64,000 bases of DNA from Tubiluchus corallicola (GCA_030141605.1 JAQGDQ010002371.1:763707-827706); one strand, 5' to 3'. Numbered from the stretch's first letter, positions 26,921 through 42,792 are shown. Translations and numbers: made by a program. Notes: generated by a model from the letters alone, not told the origin.

Positions 26921-29900
26921 AAGTTAGAACGCATTTATCCTATTAGAAGAAGCTAAGATCGATTAAACTGTTTGGTCTAAACCTAGAGCATTGAACATAA
27001 TTCAAAGAGCCAAGAAGTGTTTCTGTAAATCCATGTCTTTAGAAGTGGTTACTTGATCATTTCTTGTCAAAGAGGCATTACATCTTTGCGAAAAATATTG
27101 GTTTAGCATTGTGTTCAAATGGCGGCCTATGTGACTTGAGCTAACACACGGCTTGATTGCAAAATTAAAACTCTGCATATTTAGAAATTTTATCTTCCAA
27201 AATAGTTTAAAATAGTACAATTAAAGTTTTTAAAAATTTGCAATAAATCGCAAACTAATAATACAAGAAAACAGCTTATTGGTAAGTGTTAAAATTAAAA
27301 GTATGCTAAATATAAAATTACCTAGAAATGAGTGATATAGTAATTGACAATTTTGAATGAAGGCGGTAAAATTAATCGATGTACTTAAAACCTGTAATCC
27401 ACCCATTTGCAATGTGTCTTGAATACATGTATAGGGTATAGGCATTGGGTAAATTGATCGAACAAAGAAAATCAATGAAGTTATGAAATGAACGAAAAAG
27501 AGCTAGGACGTGTCCTGATTTTCAGTCTATAGTATAAGTACAAAAGTTCTCAATGCTTTCTTCTAACATCTGTTCCTTTATCATTGCTTTGATATTTCTC
27601 TTTCTCCTTTCGACTTTCTTTCTCTCGTCTTTTAACTGATGTCGCTTCTTAGTCGCTCTCACACTCCATACTACCCATTGTTTTACAGTTTCTATTTTCG
27701 TCACCCTTCCAGACTATCCTTTGCATTTGCAAGATTTGCATCTGAATATCAGAAGTGATGCAGCTGGTGGCATCTTGCAACACAAGAAATCGTATGCTTA
27801 TTGCCTCAGATAAATCTAATTTTTCAGTAACAGACAAAAATGTAAATTTGCCGAATGTCAGTAGAATCATAAAAGCTAAGTTTTTATACGCTATTTTGAA
27901 GATTATAGCCTTTGACTATACTTTCCTGCAATACAAAATCAAGTTTCACTCAACAAATTAAATTGGAACATATTAACAGATGTTAACAAAAATTTTAAGC
28001 AAAGAGTCATTTAAACAATGCAGCAACACTTCTTTTTCATTCAGTGAAATTTGTTATGACTATGAACGAACTAATAACAGTAACGTGTGCCGTGGTAGTA
28101 ATAAATTCAGCGCACTTATTATTTTCGAAACATTTTCGACATGTTATTCGCCAGATTACGTTTATCCGAAAAGCTAGTTTTCATGGCAATAGTTTGTATT
28201 TTCCACACTGATAACTATACAGTTTTCAACTCTTGAAATTGGTAGAATACTGATTGAAGAAGTGAAAAGCTTTATCAGCGTCTACGTTTAAGACTTTCCC
28301 CATGGGATGGCAAAATTGTCGAATATCATATGAAAGGTAAATGAAAAATAATATGTGGTCGTATTGATTTCCTCTCCCCATATATTACTTACGTTAGTGA
28401 TTCCCTCGAACTGAGTCTACTAAGACTGTGCGTCCAAACAACGTAATCGTACACCAAGCCATCTCACAGCTTATTCTCACAGAAGATTGTCGATAAACAC
28501 ATAATAGTTTGGTCAGGTTATCAGGTGGCTGCTCTTACTATATTTATTCCTCTGTATCTATATTCTACACTTCATGAATAAATCAGCGCGTGGTTGATGC
28601 ATCTCACTTAGGATGTATATTGAGAATTGTAGTCAGATAGTGTTGATCAATGAAACAAGAGTATCAACACATCTACAGTAGCAATGAACCCACCAAATAA
28701 AGCCAATATTATGACTGTTTTTTGTCTTGCTTGTCTTTTTCTGCATATTATTTCCTGTATTGAATTGTATTATTTTTGCAGTCTTCTTAAACTATTTACA
28801 TTGCCGTCTTTCTTCTCTTCCCGCTGCATCTATTTGCACTTCCCTTCCCTTTCTCTCTCCCTTAAACGCGTGGATGTACTGATCATTAATACTGTCCTTA
28901 AAAATAGCCTATAAAATAAAGTTGAGCGGCTGAGTGAAAATAGCCTGATTCCAATCTGCCCTTTTAAAGGTTAGCACTAACAGCAACCCATGAAATCGTG
29001 CGTTGAGTTCAATTTGGCAGGATCGACTGTTCACATGTGATTTACGCATCTGAACTGCTCGGTGTATTGATGATTGGACTTTCTCAGTAATCCGATGCTT
29101 GAGGCAAGAAAAGAACATCGACGTAGAGTTAGATTGTGTGCCTAAGCATCCTGTTTTCTGCGTTTGCCCGAAGCACCGTCTAGCATAAATTATCGACGTT
29201 ACTCACTCGTGAATGTTATGCAAATGAACATTGTATGGAAGACGTCACTCATATATTTGCTAACTGTATAGCCTCGTTATTGGTTTGTAAATAATGCAGC
29301 GTGAAGCCACTTAATTAAACTGCATTGTGAGGCATAACAGGTGACCTTTCACTTTCAGGTCAAGGGCATTAAAATCAACCAATTAGCCGTTGCCTTACTG
29401 AATTTTTTATTTGTCTACATAGAAAAGCTAACTTGTTACACATTTTATCGTCAGTTTTCCTATTGAAATTGCTTAAAATTTAGAATTTCATGTGCCTCCC
29501 ATTTTCTTATCGTAACCTTATTTGACTAATGTATGACGGTTCAGTGTAAACTATAATCCCATCTGATCTACATAGGCTAAGCTCCAGGGATTTGGGCCAC
29601 AACTGGCTGATGTTCAATTACCGTCCTTAATTGGCATCTCGGAAGCACAAGAGTATTTCAAAGCTTACAAATACCATTAAAGCCGCTTGCCGCGGCTCCG
29701 AAAGTACGTCATTACAAATGCTCAAACTATCTTTGGTCGCCTTTTGATAATTTACTCGCGCCTGCTTTTTTTTTACTTGGGCGAATACAACATACAATAA
29801 TTATGGAAATTGATAGTAGTATTCTAGTACTAGTAGGCTAATTTTTATACAAAGATATCTTAATGTGGTGTCTGCAGAAAAAGTTACCCTTGCAGCAACT

Positions 29901-32900
29901 AAGGCAACTCTGAAAGTATCAGTCAAGTTAGTGTCAACAACGTAAAGTTTTTTCATGGAATTTTTGCATGGCAGCTAGGATACTGGTACCACATTTTTCG
30001 TTTTGAACAGTTTAAACGTCAGCAACAATTGAAATTTTTCGTTTTCGTACAAGTCCTTCATGTCTGACAGCATATTACAAACCTTATTAGGCAACCGTAA
30101 ATGCGGAAATAAGTTCAGATACGCTCTTAACACTGCTCAAGACGTGTCCACACTTTGACTTTTTGCAACAAACTGTAAATCTGGACGTATCGGATTTTTG
30201 AAGTCCATCTCTTTCTAAACACTCATAATATCACGCAAAAACGTTTTCATGAAATTATGTGCCACGGACGGATGAATGGCGAATTATTAGGGTAACAACC
30301 CAGTGAAGGAAGCGTAATTTGGCGTAATGTGGAGAGTTGCTGCTTATTGCCTATATTTTTGCGTTTCAATAGCGTATTGGCCGAGACACTCGCAGCCTGA
30401 GGTGAATCTTGGGTGAGGGCGAACATTCTCGAAAAATAAAAAAACAAGCCTCCATAAATTCAGATTCAAATCCTTAAGCATGAGAGTGTGTAGAAGTGCA
30501 AATTATTAGATTATTATGCTCGTGGTTGATTGACCGACAGTATGCACGGTGCTTGTGACTAATTATCACTTGACTTGGCCTGGCCACTGCAGTTTACTCA
30601 TCTGTGAGGAGTTTGCAATTTGCGGTAAGTTTCACATTCTGGTTCCGTTCTTAGGTTTTTAAGCAACCCTTGCTTTTTAACCGTACTATTGTAAGAAGAT
30701 TTTGATTCTTACCCCAGGTGAGTAACAGGTTGCAGGTTTTGTAACCCTGTCCCTCTAATTTTGCGAGTTAATATAAATTAAAAATGGATGTCTAACATAA
30801 ATAAAAGTAATCAATGTACAGGTTCCCTTAGATCCCGCTGCTCGCGTATAATAATTTCTAACATTCACTGTTTTAATTTAAATGGCAACATACACACATT
30901 AAATACACGTTTTAACAGCTTAAGTAAATGAATGTAGTTAACGTTAAAGTTTTGATTTCTATGCTTAATAAGTGCCGTGGAACACTTTCAACAAAGTTGA
31001 TTTCTAAGTTTTCAAATACATTTTGTTTCATTGCGATTGAAGTTGATGATTAGCACACGAGTGGGCTGTAGTGTGACGACTCGTAGATGATGGTTAATCG
31101 TTCAAAATTCCTATATGTGTAATCTAAATTTTTTTATTTAATTTCAACATATATACCGTTTTAAATCGTGTTTAGTTAAATGATTTTTATTGGCCATCTG
31201 TAAAAATGGTAGCAGAGTTGAATTGTATGTCAGTGCACAGAAAAGACCAAAAATTTAATGTGATCTGCAATGAAGCAAATTAACTAGAGTATTTATTAAA
31301 ACTAGTACGTATAGTGAACGGGATTCTGTAGACGAATAATAGTAAATGAAATTATAATCATCTGCATGAATTTATTTGCGTGAACTCAAAGTCTGACCAT
31401 TTTGGTTTAGTAATACAACTACGTTTGGCCTGCAAGTGCTTTTCGAAATTTTGAAACCAGTTCGGCGATTTTAAGTGAAGTTATCTGTATCAACAATTGT
31501 CCTTAAATGTTCTGGAATGCAAATTTAATTTACATCTTAGCTTAATGACACATTTGTCAAAAATGACTATGGAGCTGCAGTTTTTTACCCTTTACATAGC
31601 GTTGCTGTGAAATTTCTGCGCAGGAAAAGCTCATGCTACATTCATGAGCTTTCTAGTGTAAATAAAAGCGTGTAAGGTGCCGCAATTACTTGCCAGTGCC
31701 CTGTACTCCAATGCAACAGCAAATAGTGAAAAACATGAAAATTACCCAGAGTAATGAAACTGGATGGACGGCGGAGTTTTCATGCTTTTCATTCATTGGT
31801 AAATGATTTTGTATATATTACTGTACACTTGAATCGTCTTTTTCGATTGCACGTGGAAAAACTGTAAGTACACAAATGCACCCCAAAAGCGTAGTGATAA
31901 AGAAGTGTAAACCCATGTCGTAAAGGCAGTGCATCAGCATACCATGCCTCACATCCACTTATCATAACCCGTCAGGTAAACGCATATGCATGCTATTAGA
32001 TAAAAATAACACTGAAACTTTGCGTGATAATGTTAGTAAGGAATTGAGCATGTCATAAATGATTAATTAGCCAAGTCTCCAATCATGTTATTTGTGCTCT
32101 ACACTGCTTTTGAAGTAAAAACAGTTATCGGCAGCAAACTTTGTATGTGTATTTTATACATGTATTTTATGCATTTTATAAATTATAACACTGCCACCCC
32201 TGTGATTACATTTGTTGTTAAAGTTTTTTGTATGAGGAAAAAGTATAAATACTTTTTCATGAAAAAGTGTAAATAGCATTAAAATGTTGTTCAAATAAAA
32301 AAGCTTCAGTGTTTTGAAAACAATTTATGTCACGAATAACAGAGAAACTATAGCTTCTGATTAAAATCACGAAATTACATTATTGCTTGTGATCCAACTT
32401 GCGAATTTTTAATTTCCTTTATTAAAAAAATGAACAGTTTGACCAACAACAAGCTAACCGAATTAAACATTTAATAAATTTACGGACATTTTTGAAACGG
32501 TCACTATAAAAAAGGATACGCCTACAGCCGTAGTGTGAACGCTAAAGTTTTAACTTTTGTAATAGTCGTAAAGTTAAAAGAATTAATTTATTAATCATCA
32601 GGTGAATTTTCAAACCACCTGGTAAGTCTTCGGCATTGGCATAAACAAATGGCCTAATATTAGACAGTTTTCTTGTGCTAGAAATATTTATAATTCAAGT
32701 ATGATTGTGCGCTTTTATTGATCTCACTGATTTTCACGCCTCAAGCGCCCTACTCTGGTAATAGTACACAGATATGAAAGCTTTTACCGGGCTACAGAAA
32801 GCATTCTAGATTTATTATCCTCCGTTGTAAAACAAGGAAAGGCTTTGCCGCTGTGGAAGGAACTTTATGATATAATTAGCAGCTCTTGCTCATTATTGCC

Positions 32901-33301
32901 GTGACATGGTCATGACACTGAGCAAGGTGATGGTTGCACCACTAAAAATATTTTGCTCAGCTAATTTACCTACTGATAATCTGGAAAACAGACTTGGTGC
33001 TGACAAGTCAAGTACTTTTTTCATTTTCTTTTCATTTAGTTGGGAACTTTACCAAGGCCCAGTGTAATTAATTATGTGGCATAAGGGATCAACAACAGCT
33101 TGCATGAATTACATGAATAATATACATGTATTTGCAACAAAATCAGTAGAACGTTTTTACTCTATTTGAGCCTTTTTCAGCTATATAGCTACCTTTTTTT
33201 CAGTTACATAGCTGAGCAAAGTATTGCCTTTAAATGACGTTACAAACCCACAGTTAATTAACGTTGATGCCAAACTTACAAAACAGGAAACGTGAAAAAG
33301 T

Positions 33302-33374
33302 TGGCATGCAGTCTGAATTTGAACCAAGAGCATTCTGCTGAATATGCAGAGATGGCTTAGATCACTAGGTCATA
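33302..33374 (-). mobile_element. tRNA-derived (SINE-head-like) remnant
   Basis: Minus strand tgacctagtgatctaagcc..ggttcaaattcag: degenerate A box and B box at tRNA spacing, no intact cloverleaf. Confidence 0.35.
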
Positions 33375-36300
33375 TTTACAATGACATTTGCTTGCATGAG
33401 AATTGTGGGCACTACACCTGCCGATGGGAAAGAAAAATCGACGTGTGTAAAACCTCTGCATAAATATTCTGTCTAAATTGTTATAGCTAAGAAAGGCTAT
33501 TATTTTGTTTTTTAAATTGCAGACCCTATACACGGCGACACTGAGTTACTACAAATGTGCCATTGTTGAACTTCAAAATTCATTTCCCAGTCTTTACAAC
33601 ATGAAAATGTCGCGTAGGGCCCAGCACAAATGGCAGCTTTTCTTAGCATTTTAGATGGTTTTTGCATTCGTAGGCACGATTGCAGGTGTTTTACGGTTTC
33701 GTTGTCGAGAGTTGCTGTCATGGGATTTCTGCCATTTTGTGAACTGAATGCCAAGCATTGAAATATAAAATTTTCGTTTGCATTTATACTTGTTTGTAGA
33801 AGAAAATTGGACGAGGTTTTCTACGTAGAGTTGTAGGCGGAAATCCGCCTACCGCTTCAAATGCCTGAATATCCTAACGCTCTGTTTGCTTTCCTGACAT
33901 TTTCATGATGACTGTGGTCACAGAGTTCAATTTTAAGTTGTGTGACCAACTTACTCACATCCCAAAGAAAAAACATCTTCTTGAATTATCTTTATTTTTA
34001 AAGGCATTGGAAATAAATTTAGGCATATTTTCACATAACAGTTTAACTGATGCAAAGAAATTCGCATTTTTATTTATGTAATTTGGAATTGTTTGGGTGG
34101 GCGGCGGGGAAGGAGTAAAAATCGTGTAGCATGTAGGGTGTCGGCATGCTTTTTCTTTTATTGGCGTATCACGTATTTATCTGAGCACTGTTCAAAACAG
34201 TGAGAATCCGCGAGAATTATTACAGCCGCAAATATTCATTTCTAAATTATCATCATTATTTAAAACTTCCACTGATCTCCCTGCTCATATATAATATGCC
34301 ACTTGAATTACGTATGATCTTTTCACATGGACTGTATAAGAATTTTCCCTTTTAACGCTACTCTAAGATCAAAGATGTAAGGTAATCCCCAGGTAATGTC
34401 ATTTTGTGGGAAGGTAAAGTCTTTGGCTCTGGGCAATTCAATTCTAGGAATTTTTTATCTGAAAAACCTTTTGATTCAATCATCATCAAGACACAAGGGA
34501 ATATCTTTAATCTCTTGTTGAGGCTATCCGCAAACATTTTTTCGTACAGCTGGGCAATTCATACAGTGGGAATACAGTACTTAACAACAGAGCCGATTTA
34601 TAAATTTTAGTTTATTATCAAAAATAATCCTTGTAAATGAGATACAGAACTGAATACTGAACGTTCTTGCCACGTTTAGATACTATATTTTGCATACTCC
34701 CTGTACGAGATAAACAGGCGTGAGCAGCATGGCAAATGAAATCGGCCAGATGCAATCTACTGGGTTTCGCCCTTGTTAATGACCTGGCCAGGTATCCTTC
34801 ACTTGCTCGCCGTGATCATTCAGCTGTTGCCTATTTAACTTGATGGTCTTGAAGTAAAATGTGTTTATATACGGCAATGTTTGCTTCGAAGTTCTTTTAA
34901 TTAATTTCTAGTAGCTTACCAAATTTTATGGAAAAACTTCAGTCTAAACAGATACATAGTGGTTCCATCTTTTATAACTGAAATAACGCTTAAAATTTAA
35001 TGTTATTTTTTTTGTCTTTTGTTAATTTTCTAAAAAGAAGTGCTTTATTTTTATTAACTGAAATTGACTAACATTTATTAATTATTTATTAACTGAAAAT
35101 CGTGTAAAATTTTGAAATTATTTCGTAAGTGCCATTTTATACGCTTTCCAAGCCAATTGACTTGCAATGCCCAAGATGTTTTTTACATGAAGCGCATTGT
35201 ATCTTCATATTCAAACGTCATTAATCATGCTAATACCAGCTTCGCAGGCAAATTCACACGCGCCCTACATGTTTTCGACCATAGGATACATTGAGTATGA
35301 CATATCATACAGTCATACTATGTCAACTGCAAACATACGTGTACTGTGTAGGGATATGTGTCTCTAAGTTATCTCTATAGCAGACAGACAGATTGCGCTT
35401 GTAAGGGAAACTGGGGCTGCAGAAGAAGCGAATTCATACCAATGATCGCGTACATCTAACAAATTTTCTTAGAAAATCCATCGATTGTTATCCCCATGGG
35501 GCGGCTGATTGAAAATTTGCCCCAAATAGCTTTTGTGTACGGCAGGATTATATAAATATTGGAACGGACTACAATTCATCGAAGAGTTGCCCATCAGAGA
35601 ATTTCAGTAAGGCAAATTTGGCTTTTAGAAATGTGCCACAGGAAGCAAACATCAATATCTGACGTTTAAAACCACTTAAAAGTCGTCTGAGCCCAAAGTC
35701 CCATGGGTGAGCTGATCGATTCTCCAAATAAAAATGAAATACTTCAAACTTTGCAGTGAAGTCAGACTTAATCATAATTTGGCTAATAATTTTCTTAACG
35801 ACATATTTTGCCTTCCAGCAATCAAATCAATTTGTCAATTTGGAAAAGTACAACCCGAGACGTATTTTCAACTCAGCTATAGTAACAGGGTTTGAAAACT
35901 TTCTATACATTCTATAACTTTCAAATATTTTAATTTATTGTTTTTAATAAATAATAATCATTTATCATTTATAGCATAACGTAGTGGCAAAGCAAAGTAC
36001 GAGGAAAATATTACAAAAAAATTTACGTAGATGTTACAAGTAGTTTACACCCTCAAGAATTTGTCACTTCAATTGAAAATTGGTTTTCTTAATCAAACTT
36101 CGTTGAAAACAAAGCGCAATGTCACGTGTGTATAGTAATTCGAGATTCATTACGCGAAACTACGTTTCATGCCAATAAAATAATCTCATTTCGGAAATTT
36201 AAACAATATTTTCCTTAATGCCACCAGTATCCAAAATACTGTAAGCTACAAATGGGAAAAGTTTAATTAGTAATGTATTGTTCAATTTATTGTACTTAAT

Positions 36301-39300
36301 TGGACTATAAATGTCACCAATGTGATGTCTGCAGAAAATTTAAAGTTGCGTGTTCATTTATTTCTGCAATTTGCATCTGTCCCGTTTTTTATATTCCTGA
36401 TGCAATAATTTCTGTATAGTATTGTGTATAGTAGTCACATTCCATTTTATGTGGTTTGCAGCAGACTGTGATGTAAATGCTTGGTGTCGCCATAGCCGCA
36501 ACTGTGTAAGTATGAACATTCCCTAAATGAAAGCTTTATCAGTATTTACATCAGTATTTCTCTGATGGGCAACTCTTCGATGTTCGTTATAAAGAAAGTT
36601 TTATCTTCAGATCATCATGCAGAGTCTACTCCAGAGTTGTAATTACTGTGATCACTACAATTGCAAAAGTTAAGTAGCAACGAGCTTGATTAGTAAATGG
36701 ATGGTAAATTTAATTAGTAAATGGTAACTGCCAGAAAACCTGCTTCTGGGTGTTTTCATCTGCCAGATGCCTTCATTGATGGAAAATAGATGTAATGTAA
36801 TATGTAATCTGATAATATGTAATCTGGTGGAGAATAGATAATATGTAAGATGGAGAATAGATATACATGCAAACGTGCCTAAGTCACATCTGTCATTGTC
36901 ACTTAAGTACCTACTTTTGGAGAATTATCAAATTAGGTCAGGTCGTTTCTAATATTGAACTAGGTTTCAGACCCACCACAAGTACTCAACAAAACAGTAG
37001 ACCCTGCAACTTGGTTCTGACTTCCAGTCGTCGAACAGAATAAAAAGTAATTTTGCTTTGATAATTTTGCTTAGGATATTCAAAACATGGAACATTTTTA
37101 ACGGAAAAAATAATATAATGTATAAATAATTTGAATTTTTTGTTGAGCATTCATATACCATGAGTGAACTGCAATAATTTGTAGAATTATTATAAATTTG
37201 GCATTTCTGCAGTTGGTAGCATGATCTATATGTGGGTCGTCAGTTATATTTGTCACTTTGCTGCCCTTGCTGTTCCGTGCTATATCGATCAGCACAGTAT
37301 TACTTATGCAATGTTTGTTCACTACATTAACCACACTTTAATCAAAATTTATTGCCAGCTTTCTCAATCCATTATCACATTTAATCACCCCTCAGCTTCC
37401 GCAGGCTTCTACGCACATGGTTTCCATTCACCTTGCGATCTTCCTCGTGATTACTGGCTGCGTTTTTCTTTGTAAAAGTGACTGTGAGCTGTAATAGCAG
37501 TAATTATTTTTGACTACACCTATCAGCAGGGCATTGTTTGCGGAAAAGCGCCTGACACAATCTATTTTTTGCGGCCTTTGCATGACTGGTTTATATATGT
37601 GTGAATGTCAAAACGCTATGAGTCTCGCCAAATGTAGAAGTCTCAGAAAATGCATTTTATGGGTAATATGAGACAATAGCGAATAGCTGAGTGGTCACAG
37701 TGTGTGCTTAACAGCTGAATCAACAGACTGTACGATTACTGATTTACAAATGTCAATGAAAAGTGACAGTTTACATGTAAAATAGTATTCTGGTATAGGT
37801 TTTTCCAATTTTTTTCGAATATAACTATTGAGTAGGGTAAACCATAGTTGGTATCAGGCCAGTTTTCCAGATCGTTTACCCCACGCTGTTAGCTGGCGTG
37901 TATGCGTCTGAGAAAATTTCCGGCTATTAAGCCATTCTTCAGAATAATAAATGCTGATTTTTTTCAACAAATTGGCGCTTAGTAAGAAACTTGTGAACAA
38001 AACTGATTCAATTAATACTTAAGTACTAAAACTTATAATATTACATGAGTTCTATGACCCTTTTATCTTGCAAAAATATCCTCAGTGGCTATCCGTTACC
38101 CATTTCAAGCACAAGCATTTCACAAGTATTTCCAGTACTGGTGCTAACTCAGTTAAATTCAAAAGATTGTGTGTTCTGAAAAATCTCAACTGTCCAACTT
38201 CGAAGGGGGTTCGTTTGCATGTGCGTGAAAATAAGCTGTTTCTTGAGCTCTACACGCGGCCGACCTTGTGCTAATCGACGTATTGATATTTGCTTCTGGT
38301 GCACATCTCGCAGACTTCAACACTGATGGAAGGAATGAGCCATTATATAAAACGTGATTGCAACAAATACTCGGCGTCCATGCACGCGACTAATTGGACC
38401 ATTCACTGGAATATGTAAAAATTTTCTGTGCAATTAGCAGCTAATCACTGAACGTAATTTCAATTGCATTTCTTATCTTCGATTTTATGGTTGTTTTAAT
38501 GGCCGTGTTTAGGAAAAACGAAGTCACTCAATATTTGGTAAGGAGCATGCGCAATAGAATAGATAGACTAAAGGACATGGTCTGTGCCGATAGGTTAACA
38601 ATACAAAATAGTCAGTATGGATGGGTTGCTGTTGCTGTTCATATTGTTGTACCCATTAGTAAGGATTTTGCAAAACCTGAAAAGTTGGTGTAATCAAGGA
38701 TGGTTTTGCACTGAGCAGTTCCTTACCGCATGTCACCTGTTATATGTAGTTATAAAATGTCGAAAGACCGCAAAACAAAATTGCAGTAAAACAAAGTTGA
38801 AAATTAAAGGGCAAAATGGCCATAAGGTAGAAATTTATATGGAAATTATGTGAAGATGGTTCTGCCCAATTTTCTATCCAAGGGCGTTTTGTTCCACATT
38901 AGGTACATTTTTTGATCACTTTGCTTGCCAATGACTGTTTTTGTGCTTATAATCCTACGTACCAATCTTTTCTTCAGTTTCTTTTACGTTCTTTTATTTA
39001 TGTCGCGCATTTCACTTTACAAATTTCCTTCATTTTTCCTACACCTGTATCACACACACTTTGTCCCTGAATCGCACACCTGTAACCTGTAACTGAATTA
39101 ATCAGCGGTCTCCTTTTAAATGACTGATATCTCCAGCAGCCATGCATTATGGTTCATTTCTTGCAATAATCAGTTTGTTCCCTCAGAGCCACTTAAAAGG
39201 TTTGTGGACCTTATCGGGAATGATTTCTGTATTTCCTTGATGGAACTGACTGAAATGAGTTTAACAGCACTTTACCCAGATCAAGCGTCAAATGCCGGCA

Positions 39301-42300
39301 AGAAAACATTTCTGTACAACTGACGATCGAAGGACTGCTGCAAGAGGCAAGCTCTGTTTTTGCAAACTTGCATGTACATGTATGATATTCAAAGAGTCTT
39401 CAACTTTTGAGAAATTTCATTATCCTTATAAAATGCAGATTTTTTTATTGTTTATAGCAATTGAACAATAATTACGCTCGCTGCACTGTTGTATACAGTG
39501 TTTTCTTGTAGTACTTGTAAAAGGTGAACTTTATTTTATTGTACTCAAGAAATTGTTATGTTATTGTATTGTTTTGTAAAACAATTTGTTCTTTCCGATT
39601 CGCACAAAAAAAAACAACTGCAAAGCTTTTAGTTGAAGCAGACTGGGATGCCCGGTAATGTGAATTTGCTCAGAAATCGGACTACCTGAACGGAAATAAA
39701 TAACCAATGATAAAGTTTCTTGGGGGATTTTGACAAATCGTATCAAGCAAAAGCATAGCCCAAGTTACCAACTTCTGATCTTCGTTTTTGCTTCCAAGGT
39801 TAGACGTTGTGTGAGAATTTTTAGTTTTTAGGTGCATCTCAAAATTAGTATTCACGGCTTGCTGCTCTTTTTGACGTTCCGAGCGAACCTTTGAGGTACA
39901 TTTATGTGTGTAAAACGGTGCCTTGAACATCTGTTTCTTAATGACGAGTAGAATGCAGATGTGCTGATTTTGATGAAATATTTATTGGGTGCATTCTGAA
40001 TTATTCATTTCAAATCCACAATGTCAAAACAATGTGGATATGTCCAAAGGAATAATCCGAAGAGCAGCTATCCTAACTTAGTTGTCTCCAAGGAGTTCTA
40101 ATTTGTTTTTTTAAATACATCTTTCAGTCACAATCTTCTAGCACCGTTCTAGCACGTTCTTTGAGCACCCTTCTCACACGTACCATGTTTCAAGATAGAA
40201 AACTGAAATACTGAAGCAATTTCAACTGAGCATCTTTGAATTACCGTTTACTCTTATAAATACTAACATTTCAACGAAAAATTGTTAGCGTCGTATTTAT
40301 ATAGTTTGGAGATAATGGTCACAAGTTCATATAAATAAAATAAAATTCCTGGCACTTTACCAAATTTTAAAAATTTGTGTAATTTTATCAAATATTATTT
40401 AATGCAAGGGGGACTTCTTGGTTTGCATGTATGAATAGCAGGTTTCTGAATACAAAACTTGTACTCGAAATCGAAATGCACAACCTATATATCCCTTCAT
40501 CATTACACATCATCGCTACTTCACGACGTCTATCGTAATAATGTACTAAAATCTTTACTAAAGTTATTGTATTAAACATTAATGTACTTTGGAATTTGAC
40601 ACTCAGTTTCGCACATTTAGTTACATTCAACTTTTGACATATATTTTGAGCTATGACAACACAGCTCCTTGAAGATGGCTGTTTGGGAACATCTAAAACT
40701 TGGAAGCTATTAAACAGCATAGATACTGAATACAATTCATATAACTTATACAGCTTATCTTTTATGTGGTATTGTTGATGCAAATGCGGTCAGCGTAAAT
40801 TATCTGAGAAACTGTGCTTATCTAGGGTATAATAAGTACACTAGTCTAGCTCCCCTGACGTACTTGCTTCTGAATATCGCCATTAAGTCTTACTCTTCTA
40901 GTGTATTGATCACGTCAATTGTATATGAACATTGCTGTTTATGACTTCTATATTCCGTAATTACTGGTGACATGCTGGTGGAACTGGTGGCCCCGCGGCA
41001 AGTATGCCGGAGTATATCGGAGACAGGCATAGTGAAGCCACAGAAATTTTTTTAGCAAGAATAAAAAGCAGAAATTACTATAGTTTGTAGCCTGTTCATT
41101 AACTGATGTTGTATTAATGAGAGTTGCATAAAATCGCCACACGATAAAAATGTAATCAAACAGTACACCTGACTATAAAGGTACGTTGCTAAGCAAATTA
41201 TCAATGTGGAATACATGTTTTTCATCTAAGCCACACATACAGTTCGTAAAACATCAGTTTACTTTTTCCTCAGCTTTCTCAACTTGTTGACATGAAAGTC
41301 AATTTATAGACCCAGTGACATGCAAACGAATTTTTCCACTCGTCTAATAGGATTTTTCCAATTCTGATTTCCGATTTCGCTGATATATGTGCATATCGTG
41401 TATCTATTTGAATTTCGTCTCACTGCACTGGCAATATTGCCGTGCTACAAGTTACTATAAAATGGCTAGTGAGTGTTACCGCAATTATTTCACATAACTT
41501 TCATTATAGTCACAGAATTTTTTCTGGAACCATATTTCATTATTAGGTTAAGTTTGGCTTGCAGAGGAGCCAAAATTGGATGCATATCCTAGTGCAACCT
41601 TTTTTCCTTCTTGATGGCTGTATCTGCATTTGATGGAAATTGGAAAATATTTAGGTTTGCGTAAGGTGCATTTTACTGGGAAGTTCCAACTGTTTCGCCT
41701 TTACTGCATACTTTCTCCTTGCTTTGCGGAGATACACCTTGTCGGCGTCTCAGCCATGGAAGTTGTAAAAGCAATATGATGCGGCAATCCAACCATAAAA
41801 CAGGCTCTTGATTGCTGCTTTTACAAGACGTCATTGCTTTTCTGTATGTTTTTAGTCTCTGGTGCACGTGCGTGCTCATTCACGCGACAAAACAAGAGTA
41901 TACTTGCAATTCCGTGCATATGGCTTCTCAGATTTGAAATCCACTGGTTTGTAATAATTGAGAGAACAATGTTGAATATTATTATATATTATTGAATTTG
42001 CTGCTTTTAGTTGTTTCTAATCAAACCGGCAGTAATATTTTTCATGTAACTGAATAAGTGAAATTAATTACTTAGGTGTGATGGTTGAAAGTAACGATTA
42101 AACATATGCGTCACGACTTCACCAATTAAAAGAAATGGCAATAAGACCTCAAACGTATTCAACAACAGCACACTGACCGTAGGATCGCCATTTTAAAGGA
42201 AGCTTTTCAATCCAAAGCCATTTAACTGTCAGTGAGCTGCATAAGAATTAATCGGAATTTACTCGCGTCATTGCTCTTAATCGTTAATAAATTCCGTTAT

Positions 42301-42792
42301 TGTGTATAAGAGAACGATTTTTCGGGCTTGGGTTTTCAGTGTTTCTTCAGTTTTTATACGTACGCTGGACTGCACATGCAAAAAACTCTCCAGGAAATGA
42401 AAAATGTAGACGCAATTAGTATGTGCTGTTTAAGCAAATTACACAAACATTAAACACTCTTTGAATACCCTGTAATGCTTTATTCATTAATCTGTCTTCC
42501 TTTCACTAAATGGTTAATCTGTCTTCCTCACACTAAATGAGCATGATAGTAATAGAGTATCAGAAAAACAATTTTCCTGGGTTTGTGGTCGTTTGGCCAG
42601 CAATATCCTAACTGAGAAGTAAAAACAACTTTGCCAGCTTATTAATACAAGCTGTAGAAGTAATTGTTTTATGTAATTAACTAACCTTACCAAAATCCTA
42701 TAGTTTTTTTTATAATTCCACTGCACTTTGTTTTTTTTTGTATATGTATTCTGTAGCTTCACACATCTCTGCTAAATTTACTCTAATAATAA

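Noticed and set aside
34792-34799. U12-type donor GTATCCTT
   Set aside because: No recognisable exon upstream; the same 8-mer also occurs antisense within the LRR CDS (~20730), consistent with chance.
37686-37720. tRNA gene (tagctgagtggt A-box-like word)
   Set aside because: No B box or cloverleaf follows.
23112-42762. Numerous 60-130-aa ORFs in the long interval
   Set aside because: No recognisable domains, composition typical of AT-rich non-coding DNA, and no consistent splice chain.
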